This document shows, piece after piece, positions 13,834 to 24,935 of a stretch of 64,000 bases of DNA; position 1 is the stretch's first letter, and each line of letters starts with the position of its first letter. The DNA is from Octopus sinensis (Eukaryota): positions 57,846,001 through 57,910,000 of the forward strand of contig NC_043012.1 in the NCBI RefSeq assembly GCF_006345805.1, given 5' to 3'. Below the pieces are notes generated by a model that did not search any database, had not been told where the DNA came from, and saw only the letters and a program-made list of their open reading frames with translations. The position numbers and the translations under genes are program-made.

Positions 13834-14778
13834 TAATAATAATAATAATTTTCAAGCGAACCTTTTAATTTGTCTGTAAAAAATTGCTATAGAATTGTTT
13901 AACTGATTATTGGAATGTTTAACATAATATGATTTATTCCCCCATGGAGGAAAAAAAAGAGAGAGAGGGAGAAAAAAATGTCAGAAGAAGATGCTTTAGG
14001 AGAAATTAATTTTAAAATAATCTTTTGAAACGATGCTCTAACATATGAAACAATATTTTAAATAGAAAAAAAGAAATATAAAAACAAATGAAATTTGAAA
14101 TAAAAAAAAAAATTTCAAAAATATTACAAATATGCACAACTGAAAGTAACGTTTCATTTTTCAATTATAAGATCATGTAACACTGAAATATTAAAGTATA
14201 AATATTTTTCTCTTCAGCGCTGGAAATAAAACGATTTGATGTTTCAAAGTTGCGAGTTTCTAAATATAAATTCTTATTCCTTTTTCGTGTTCTTTTTTTT
14301 AAAGTTTTTCTTTTTAATGTCGGAAATGTTTAATGAAGAAGAAAAAGATAAAGAAGAATAAGAATAGAAGAGGAATAAGAAAAAAAAAAAAAACAGTGAA
14401 AGAAATGGAAGAATTTTTGTATTTTATTTTTAGTGAAATTTTATCCCTGACCATTAGCATAGTCGTTCTTCAACGAATGTAATTCTAATATAAAAGCTTT
14501 TCAATTCTCGCTACAATCTTTTTTTTGATAAAAATTTATTTTTCTAAAACAGATTCTCCGTTTCCAGTAATATATTTTCCCGGGGTTACTTGTTTCAAGT
14601 TATATTTAATTCCTCTCTCAAAGGGTGTCAAGTTAGTTAAGATGGTAAACCATGAAGACGTGAAACTAATTGCCTTTCGCTTGCACACTTTAATTTTCTG
14701 TCTTACTTGTTCTGACACGAAATGCTTCTGGGATCACATTTACCATTTTTTTCTTTCTAAGGCTGAGCTATATATAAC

Positions 14779-14925
14779 GTAGGTGACAAGCTGGTAGAAT
14801 CGTTAAAACGTCGGACAAAATATACTTAGCGGTATTTCTTCCAGTGTTTTGCGTACTGAGTTCAAACACATCTGAGGTCAACATGCCCTTCATCCTTTCG
14901 GGGTTGATAAATTAAAGTACCAGTC
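14779..14925 (+). mobile_element. SINE family A (diverged)
   Basis: gctggtagaatcgtt..cttagcggtatttc..ctgagttcaaac..catcctttcggggttgataaattaaagtacc. Confidence 0.75.
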
Positions 14926-16279
14926 ACTTTAGAGACGTAAAATACTTTAACAACAACAACAACAACACAAAACAACAGTAACTGACTCCCTACAAAGCTC
15001 AAGTGACTCCCACAGCCCAACACAGTTTCTATATCTAGGACGGTGCTGTCACTACGCATTCGAACCCCACGAATCGCATTGGACAAAAAGCCGTAACACT
15101 AATTTGACAAAACCAGTGCACACCCCCACACTCCACAAGGTATCCCTCCGACCCTTTGTCTCCTTCCTCTGTCCTTTCTACAGTTACTAAAATGGCTTCC
15201 TCTATTTTGAGCTGGTTGTCTCGTACCACCTCTACTGAAACACTCGTGCACCACTCATCACTCTTTCCTTCGTCAATTATATTAGATCCTCAAGGTAAGC
15301 CCTTAAAAAACAGCTTCTCTTAGTCCTTCAGCACCCTACTGCCGTACATCCTCTACCTAAAAATATTTTTCCTGTAGCCGTCAATTTTCGGCTCGTCAAG
15401 AGGAAGATTAGCCGCCTCAGTCTCTCCAGTTTTAGAGGATTCGAGAAGGCTTACGTACAGCCTCTTTTTCAAACTCAAAATAAATTATTGTGACTACCCA
15501 TTCAATGATGGATTAAGGAAAATGGATTAAGGGAGTTTATGCTTAACCCAATGAATGCGAAATTCTATAATTAACTCTATTTTCTAGTCGATAATGATTT
15601 TTGATTTAGGCACACTGCCAGTAATTTTGCTAGGAGAGGAAGTAGTTGATGTGATACCATTGGACCCAATATATGACTGGTACTTTATTTTATAACCCAA
15701 GAATAAAAATGGCATATCAGCCTTGATATAGATTTTGAACACGGAATGTGAAGAGCCGGAAAGAATGTCGCAAAGCATTTTTTCGGACGTTATAATGATT
15801 CTACCTGACGTCTAACTCGTTTCTTTAAAAATAATAAAATTACTAAGTTTTATAGAATAATATGGTACAGATATTGAGATGGGTATGAAAAAAACCGGGT
15901 CATTGTAATAAACGGAACCATGTGACTTTTAAGCATATGAAAATAATCGGAGGTAAGAAATTTCAAGTTTACCTCGGCGGGTTTTGAACACAGAGATCCA
16001 AGTGACATAACCAAATTCAGCCGGGGATTTTGTCCAAAGCTCCACCAATATTATGTATTATTATTCCCGTTTGACCCCTTAACATATCCCGCATATTTTC
16101 GTTCAGAGATGTCTAGTAAATATATATTTGAAAGAAAATATACGTTCATTGTACTCTGAGGTATCTACCACTTATTTCTAACCCCAAATACTTCGTTCAT
16201 GATGTTATTCCCGTTTTCTGTTATTAACTATCAGTAATTATCATTTCTATCAGTAACCTTATAATAAATCATGACTGAT

Positions 16280-16487
16280 AAGGCAGCGAGGTGGCAGAAA
16301 TTTTAGCAAGCCGGGCGAAATGTTTAGCGGTATTTCATTTGTCTTTACGTTCTATTCCGCGGAGGTCGACTTTGCCTTTCATCCTTTCGGGGTCGATAAA
16401 TTAAGTACTAGTTGCATACTGGGGTCGATCTAATCGACTGGTCCCCTCCCCAAACATTTCGGGCCTTGTGCCTAGAGTAGAAAAGAA
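16280..16487 (+). mobile_element. SINE family A, full length
   Basis: aaggcagcgaggtggcagaa head, gtcgactttgcctttcatcctttcggggtcgataaattaag body, ggccttgtgcctagagtagaaaag tail. Confidence 0.85.
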
Positions 16488-16629
16488 TAAATCATAACTC
16501 ATCCAAAATAGTTTGCGTACTTATACTTCCTTATATACAAATTCAAAAGAAAGTATATTTTTTTTGCATGGAAATTGAAAAAAAAAATGTGCATGTTAAG
16601 AGGTTAGGGTGTTAAGTAGATAGACTCGT

Positions 16630-16815
16630 TACCGCGCCGGAATAAATGGTTAGTTGCATTTCGACCGTCTTTATGTTCTGAGTTCAAATTCCACCGAGGT
16701 CAGCATTGCTTTTAATTTTTTCGGGGGTCGATAGAATAACAGAATTGGAGTCGATGTAATCGACTTAGCCCCTCCGGAAAATTGCTGACCTCTTGTCAGA
16801 AATTGAAACCAATCA
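16630..16815 (+). mobile_element. SINE family A (diverged)
   Basis: gttctgagttcaaattccaccgaggtc B-box region and gtcgatgtaatcgact motif. Confidence 0.7.
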
Positions 16816-16945
16816 TATCGGAGAACTTGTGTCCGTAATCCAAGGGCGCAAAACATAGTGCAAGCGTTCTAACCTAACTGTATGCCTGTATGCTATGAAG
16901 TCCATGTAATGTTCATCAGACAAACATGTAGCTAGTAGGCTATAT

Positions 16946-16989
<44 letters not shown>

Positions 16990-17244
16990 TTTTCGAAATT
17001 TATTCTCTTATGAGGTTTTCCACGCTAATCTACCTGACAACTTCTTGTTAAGTTTTCCTTATTAGTAGTTGTCCTTAATTGCTAAATTTTTATTCCGAAA
17101 AAACTTTTCCTCTCCCGAAATGCAATTCGTAAAAATATGCCATTTACGGATGTATATATGTAAACTCACCCATGTGCTTCGTTGATGTTGATCAGTTAGC
17201 TGATCGGCTTAAGCGGGACAGGGTCGTTTATTTATGATACATTC

Positions 17245-17292
17245 AGGCCTGCTGATGAATACGTAAGTATGAAATCACTGTGATACAGGTCT
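17245..17292 (+). ncRNA. Type I hammerhead ribozyme, copy 1
   Basis: aggcctg-CTGATGA-atac(gtaa)gtat-GAAA-tcac-t-gtga-T-A-caggtct. Complete core, 7-bp stem I (one G.U), 4-bp stem II with GNRA loop, palindromic stem III. AUA cleavage predicted after 17285. Confidence 0.9.
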
Positions 17293-17718
17293 TATTTTTT
17301 TCAATGTCTTATTTTGAAAAATTGCATTCGGTGTGATTAGTAATATTTTTGGTAGAAATGACTAATTGGTCCCTCTTAGCGTGTGGCATGTATGTATAAC
17401 GCTCTCTGGCATGTATGTATAATGCCCTCTATATATAATTAATATGTTCAATAAGAAATAATTATTTTCGAAATTTTTCTCTTATGAGGTTTTCACGCTA
17501 TCTACCTGACAATTTCTTGTTAAGTTTTCCTTATTAAGTAGTTGTCCTTAATTGCTAATTTTTATTCCGAAAAAACTTTTCCTCTCCCGAAATGCAATTC
17601 GTAAAAATATGCCATTTACAGGATGTAATATATGTAAACTCACCCATGTGCTTCGTTGATGTTGATCAGTTAGCTGATCGGCTTAAGCGGGACAGGGTCG
17701 TTTATTTATGATACATTC

Positions 17719-17766
17719 AGGCCTGCTGATGAATACGTAAGTATGAAATCACTGTGATACAGGTCT
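17719..17766 (+). ncRNA. Type I hammerhead ribozyme, copy 2
   Basis: 48/48 nt identical to 17245-17292. Cleavage predicted after 17759. Confidence 0.9.
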
Positions 17767-19069
17767 ATATTTTTTAAATGTCTTATTTTGAAAAATTGCA
17801 TTCGGTGGGATTAGTAATATTTTTGGTAGAAATGACTAATTGTCCCTCTTAGCGTGTGGCATGTATGTATAACGCTCTCTGGCATGTATGTATAATGCCC
17901 TCTATATATAAATATATATATATATATATATCTCAATATGTAGACAAAATGCATGTGAGTGTGACACCCAAGCAAAGATCGGCGCAGTGAAGGATCCACA
18001 CTCCACTGCCGTTGGTTTTCTTCTGTCTCCTATAACATTGCTGATAATCTGGATTTTGAGAATAAAAAATGAGCTTTCAACACCTGACAAATTACGTACT
18101 GCGAAACACTGAAGCTAAACATTACAAATTTATATAATAAATAAATAACTATTATGTAATCATGGTGGTGATTTTCCGAAACTCGGGTATTTTCCATTTA
18201 TCATCGAATACCTTATCTATTTTTTCTATGTCGTCAACGCTCTAATGCACACACACATACACACTCATAATACATACACAAACACATACATACATACATA
18301 TATGTATGTATACATACATATACATACACACATTCATACATGCATACATACATGTATATACATACACATACATGCATACATACAAAAGTAGTATTGATAC
18401 CAAAATCAATCATTATGTCCAACTTAAAGTTGATGCACTATTAGAAAATCGAATAGAGAGGTAGTCTTTCTGGAGATTCTCTAGTGTAGATACCCATTGC
18501 TTGAATGTCCAGGTATATATCGTAGAGGACTAAAATCGTCTGCAATAGTTGCCGGAACTACAAGATCACCTGATTTCTGCATACTGTGTTTCCTCAGTAG
18601 CAAATACTAGGACACCGCATGGCAGTTAAATCTGCGATATAATCAGCGATTACTGCAACATTAGGCATTCTGACAACACATACACATTGAGTTCGATATA
18701 AAGATTGCTTTCCTGTATTAATATTCCTTCTGTTGCTAATCTATTCTTATAAATAAGCCTGCTGTTATTTAGCGATATCAGTGTCTGAAACAAATAACGC
18801 AGATATTTTATATACAGTTGGCAGTGAGATTTGGCTAGTATACAGTCATCGGTCATGTAGCACTGACGAAATACTGTATTTTGAAAACAAGTGGTTTAGT
18901 AGTTCTGGCACCTATCTCAAAGGTTTCACGTCTAATACGAGATATTCGTGCCTATCTACGCACCGTGCGTCTGCATGAGAGGAAATCTCAGGGCAAAAGA
19001 CGCAGTATTCGGCGTTCAAAAACATTACATCCACGTTAAGTAGAATATATAATATATATATATATATAG

Positions 19070-19120
<51 letters not shown>

Positions 19121-19404
19121 ATATATACATGTGCGTGTGTGGTGTATGTACAAATGCATATAACTACACCCAAACACGCACACATATATAAATATATTTA
19201 TATACTTTGACGCATATATTTAACGTTTCTACGATTTTCCCGATCAGTTTCCCAGCTATCGATTTCCCTGAGCCAAACCATTCAGTGGATTTATGGGTTA
19301 GACAGATTAACCGACGGACAAGCTTTCTTTTGATGTTTAGTTAAGGGCACATAATAATAATGATGATGATGATGATAATAATAATAATGATAATAATAAT
19401 ACTA

Positions 19405-19449
<45 letters not shown>

Positions 19450-19464
19450 TGATGATGATGATGA

Positions 19465-19497
<33 letters not shown>

Positions 19498-19865
19498 AAT
19501 AATAATAATAATAATTATAACTATTATTATTGTTGTTATTATTGTTATCATTATTATTATTATGCAGCTGCTGCTGCTACTACTACCATTACCACTACTA
19601 CTACAAATAACGATAATTATGATAATAACTGCAATGATAATAGTAATAATAAAAATAATGATAATAACACATTATTGAAATTAGTAATAGTATGAAAAAT
19701 ATTTTAAAATTACCAGTCTTTGGTCTACAATTACGCCATTAAACACCTCATCTTCTAGATATTAGTCATATTAAAAGTTACCATATATATGTATATATAT
19801 AGATATATATATATATATATATATATAGATATAATATATATGCGCATATACATAATATATATAAT

Positions 19866-19901
<36 letters not shown>

Positions 19902-19980
19902 ATATATGTATGTATATATATATATATGCTTGTATCAAGATATATACATAAACATATCTATATATATATGCATATATATT

Positions 19981-21000
19981 GTGTCTATCTGTTTCGTCTC
20001 TCTATGTGTTCGACGTCTTTTTGGTGTCCTGTACACATATATGCGTGTATATGTACATGTAGAGGTAGGTACGTAAATATATGTTTATATATATGCATAT
20101 GTTCTATTTTATTACATATTATACGACTAAACGCAACGCACCCTAATAAGAAGTAAGATTGTTCTGTTTATCAAGTTAGCCTTGATATTGACTCTCACGC
20201 GACTCTGCATCTTTCTTTCTTTCTCTCCTTTCCCTTTTTCGTCTTTTTTTTTTTTTCCCTCACTTAACTTGTCTCTTACTCTCTCTCTCATTCTTCATTC
20301 TCTCTCCTCCCTTCATCACACACCATTCTTCATGGTCTCCTCGCACCATTCCCCTTCTCTCTCTCTCTTCCTCTTGCTCCTCCCCCCCCCATTCCCGCCG
20401 TCCATCTGCGACGATACTTCCGTCGTAACTGCTATCCTGTCTTTTCTCGCCCGCCTTGTAAGGCTACTGGTCGACATATTTTCTCTCTCTCTCGTCGTCC
20501 ACGATAATCCAGGTTTGCAATACTTTTTTTCGTCTGGCGTTAACAGCCCTTCTTATCTTGTTCTCCCTGTCCTGTCTCTCACTGTTATATACTTATTTTC
20601 CATGTTTATATATATATTTTTTACTGTTTATATGTTTGTACTGTCGTTACCGTCTTGCTTTTTTTTTTTACCCCTCTGCGAAAAGATCTCAGAATTTTAA
20701 TTGATTTGCTTTTCGCGGGAAAGGAATTTTTCTTTCTTCGAGTATACGTCTCGCTTTTTATCCTTCGAAACGTTTAGTAGATGAAACCTTAGCGACTGAA
20801 GAAGGGGATTTTTCGTTGTGCTTATTGTCCTGTTCTCTCCTCTCTTTTTTTTGCTTGTCTTGTTCCTTGGTTTGTGTCTATGTGGTTCGTCTCTCTATGT
20901 GTTCGACGTCTTTGGTGGTCCTGTACACATATATGCGTGTATATGTACATGTAGAGGTAGGTACGTACATATATGTTTATATATATGCATATGTCTATTT
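19981..21000 (+). mobile_element. Partial-tandem repeat structure (two ~125-bp direct repeats), Penelope-like terminus candidate
   Basis: gtgtctat..ttcgtctctctatgtgttcgacgtc..gtacacatatatgcgtgtatatgtacatgtagaggtaggtacgta occurs at 19981-20110 and 20874-21000, with (TA)-rich tracts outside. An HHR-like motif lies inside. Confidence 0.55.
20746..20809 (+). ncRNA. Candidate non-circularly permuted hammerhead ribozyme
   Basis: acgT-C-tcgct-tttt-atccttc-GAAA-cgt-(17 nt)-agcga-CTGAAGA-A-ggggat. All core residues and three helices are present, with the strand order rearranged. Confidence 0.5.
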
Positions 21001-21010
21001 TTTTTTTTAT

Positions 21011-21046
<36 letters not shown>

Positions 21047-21204
21047 CACATATACGTATGTGTACATGTACACACAACACACACAGATATAATATATATA
21101 CATACATGCATATATATACATATATATAAAAATATACCTATATATATATACATGTATATATATATATATATATAGCCTATAAATAATTATATATATACTC
21201 TATG

Positions 21205-21237
<33 letters not shown>

Positions 21238-21482
21238 TATATATATTTGCTTCAATTCACTTTTGAAGATGGAGACATTTACATAAATGATGTTTAGTGC
21301 GTTTAAATCGTTCAAAAGTCAAAAGAGGTTTCAGAACATAAAAAAAACCCAACTATATTTCATACAACAGAAGTATCAGCAGTAAGTTTAAAAAGCATTT
21401 CTTGCAACGGTTTTATACGTGATTCTGACACGCTTAAAAAAAAAAGCACGAAAATACAGATAAGTTATTTTACGTATAGGTT

Positions 21483-21700
21483 AAGGCGACGAGCTGGCAG
21501 AATCGTTAGCACGCTGGACGGAATACTTGGCGGTATTTTGCACGTCGCTACGTTCTGAGTTCAAATTCAGCCGAGGTCGATTTAGTCTTTCATCATTTTT
21601 GGGGTCGATATTTCACTTACCAGTTGCGTATTGGGGGTCGATGTAATCGACTGTCCCCCTCCTCCAAGACTTGGGGCCTTGTGCCTAGAGTAGAAAGGAT
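21483..21700 (+). mobile_element. SINE family A, full length
   Basis: aaggcgacgagctggcagaatcgttag..gttctgagttcaaattc..ccttgtgcctagagtagaaagg. Confidence 0.85.
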
Positions 21701-21907
21701 TGATTCTACGTACGTGTTAAAAAGAAGATATGGTAGGATATCTTATGCATCTTCATAATCATGAACAAAATAGCTACAGAAAAGGGGCCTTGGAAATAGT
21801 GCCAAAGGTTATGAAACAACGACGCAGACAGAGCCAACTATATATATCATATATATATATATATATACCCATACATACACGCATTCATGTGCTCACAGAC
21901 ATGTGGG

Positions 21908-21950
<43 letters not shown>

Positions 21951-21982
21951 AGTAGTCAAAAGTTAAAACATAGTCTGGTGTG

Positions 21983-22096
21983 AACGCTTTTTATTATGGT
22001 ATTTTAACAAAATTAGCGCTTTCATACATAATGTACTCAGATTCCAAATTTATGAAAGCGCTAAGTTTGTTAAAATACCATAATAAAAAAAACGTT
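21983..22096. repeat. ~44-bp-arm inverted repeat (hairpin) with 24-nt spacer
   Basis: aacgctttttattatggtattttaacaaaattagcgctttcata (21983-22026) pairs with tatgaaagcgctaagtttgttaaaataccataataaaaaaacgtt (22051-22096), with 2-3 differences. Confidence 0.9.
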
Positions 22097-22163
22097 AAAA
22101 GCAAAATGTTTTAACTATATACAACTGTTATACTATTCTGTACCTTCACACAAATTAGAAATA

Positions 22164-22195
<32 letters not shown>

Positions 22196-22271
22196 CTGTA
22201 TGTATGTGTATGTATGTAAATGTATGAATATGCATATATATATATTAAGTATATATATATATATATATTAT

Positions 22272-22303
<32 letters not shown>

Positions 22304-22437
22304 ATATATATACATTATGTATATTATATATGTATATATATAATTTATGTGTATTTTATGTTTACGCATATATATATGTATGTGTATATATATATATATG
22401 TATGTATGTGTGTATATATAATGTATGTATGTATGTA

Positions 22438-22471
<34 letters not shown>

Positions 22472-22476
<5 letters not shown>

Positions 22477-23423
22477 ATACGATATAGTGTATATTTAAAC
22501 ACATAAGGAATCCACTTAAAGGGAATTCAACACGCTAGAAAGAACAGCTAGGTTCTGTAAACCACAAAAATAACGGATAAAATTCGACAGGAATAAATTT
22601 GGAAATGAAAAGCATTTACCATCTAGTACCCTGGACCAATTGTTTCTGATCATCTTTTAGCGAGTCAAGGGGAACTCACAAGGTCTGATTTTCTGTAGCA
22701 AGGTCCAACTTAGGGTTAAACATATCCAACACGAGACAAACAAGGCTACTACGCAGACGCAGTCCTTCGCTGGCTACAATGAAAAACCGCCAACTTTTAA
22801 TCGAAAATTATCCAAAAACTTACAGTATTTAATCATGTCAAAGGGAAATGGAATTTAATTAAAATTAAAACATTCAAACAAAATTTACATTTCCAGTGGT
22901 CTAACGTGCAAAAACAAATAGTCAAGAAGACTATATATTAGTTATACAATATAGTGCATATTTATACACATAAGGAATCCACTTAAAGGCAATTCAACAC
23001 GCTAGAAAGAACAGCTAGGTTCTGTAAACCACAAAATTAACGGATAAAATTCGACAGGAATAAATTTGGAAATGAAAAAGTTGGCGGTTTTTCATTGTAG
23101 CCAGCGAAGGACTGCGTCTGCGCAATAAAGTTTGAAAAGTTAGTTCGTATAAACGTCCAGGGTACTAGATGGTAAATGTTTTTCATTTCCAAATTTATTC
23201 CTGTCGAATTTTATCCGTTATTTTTGTGGTTTACAGAACCTAGGTGTTCTTTCTAGCGTGTTGAATTCCCTTTAAGTGGATTCCTTATGTGTTTAATATA
23301 CACTATATCGTATGACTAATACATAGTCTTCTTGACTATTTGTTTTTTGCACGTTAGACCACTGGAAATGTAATTTTGATTGAATGTTTTAATTTTAATT
23401 GAATTCCATTTCCCTTTGACATA
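22472..23423. repeat. Nested direct/inverted repeat mosaic between (TA)n tracts
   Basis: Blocks: A 22472-22636, B 22752-22798, C 22835-22938, A' 22939-23077, B-rc 23078-23122, A-rc 23155-23318, C-rc 23319-23423. Confidence 0.9.
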
Positions 23424-23842
23424 TATATATATATATATATATAATAATATATATATATATATATATTATATATATAATATATATATTAATCTATAAATAT
23501 ATGTTTATCTGTATATATACGCAAATACACACATATAGACATCTGTATGTATGTGTGTATGCATGTATGTATAATTTGCAAAGAAGTTGCTGATACAAGT
23601 CGGCCCTCTGGATACTAACCAGCTCATGGGGGTCATTTAAGATAGAATACGGACCGTTTCGGAGCCTTCTTCTCATGGAACTATTGCTCAACAGACCTCG
23701 CAGTAACATTTTATCTCAAAGAATCTTAGGTGTTAAAATCAGTAGTAGTAGTAGTAGTAGTAGTAGTATGAAGAAGAAGAAGAAGAAGAAGAAGAAGAAG
23801 AAGAAGAAGAAGAAGAAGAAGAAGAAGAAGAAGAAGAAGAAG

Positions 23843-23874
<32 letters not shown>

Positions 23875-23927
23875 TGACGAGCCGGTGGTGACTCCACTAT
23901 TCCCTTTTAAATATATGCAGTATTTAA

Positions 23928-24158
23928 ATATTTTTTATTGCCCACAGGGGACTAAACATAGAGGGGACAAACAAGGACAGACAAAGGGATTAAGTCGATT
24001 AATCAACCCCAGTACGTAACTGGTACTTATTTAATCGACCCCGAAAGGATGAAAGGCAAAGTCGACCTCGGCGGAATTTGAACTCAGAACGTAGCGGCAG
24101 ACGAAATACCGCTGAGCATTTCGCCCGGCATGCTAACGATTCTGCCAGCTTGCAGCCC
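23928..24158 (-). mobile_element. SINE family A with alternative (A2) tail
   Basis: Reverse complement of the family A head and body, followed by the cttaatccctttgtctgtccttgtttgtcccctc..gtgggcaataaaa tail. Confidence 0.85.
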
Positions 24159-24643
24159 TAGATTCCTGGTTTCATGATACCCCATCTTTTTCCTTCCATC
24201 TACATACATACATACATACATACATGCATGCATACATACATAGACACACTCACACACACAGACACACAAGCTGTATATATGTATATATGTCATTTGAATG
24301 TATATGGCGTCACATTTTATTTTCATGGGTTTAGTTATATCTGTACAGATTATTGTACGTAGGGACAAATTTTGCTTTCCTTCTTATAATATTCTCTCCT
24401 GTGGATGGGCGCGTATATTGCCCAACCTTATTTGAAATACTAGAATTTCATGTTTCATGTTATATTTTTAATACAACCTCTGGATTTTTATTTTTCCCAT
24501 TTTCTGTATTTTCCTTTTTTTTATTTTTAATATATAGAACGGAGGATGGTCACACCGATTTAAACTAAACTAAACAAAAATACTTTTCATTTTTTCTTCA
24601 TGACTAAATTCATCCCCCAGGAAACCTGGGGTTGTTGTTGTTG

Positions 24644-24674
<31 letters not shown>

Positions 24675-24741
24675 ATTATTATTATTATTATTATTGCTGT
24701 TGTTGTTGTTATTATAATCACCACCATCATCATCATCATCA

Positions 24742-24814
<73 letters not shown>

Positions 24815-24876
24815 GTTATTATTATTTTAATTTTTATTATTACTATTACTATTATTATAATGTTTATTGTTGTTGC

Positions 24877-24935
<59 letters not shown>

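Larger units (their letters stand above)
16985..17910 (+). repeat. Head-to-tail dimer of a ~474-bp hammerhead-containing unit between (TA)n tracts
   Basis: Unit 1 is 16985-17459 and unit 2 is 17460-17910 (both start aattattttcgaaattt). About 135 bp including the HHR are identical. The rest differs by roughly ten 1-nt indels or substitutions. Confidence 0.95.

Noticed and set aside
14536-14782. Short non-repetitive ORFs on both strands
   Set aside because: No recognisable domain and no convincing splice-site pair.
18863-18900. CTGACGA-aatactgtatttt-GAAA on the plus strand
   Set aside because: Stem II is out of register and stem I cannot form.
23675-24019. Poly-Ser/poly-Lys ORF
   Set aside because: Read-through of (AGT)n and (AAG)n microsatellites.
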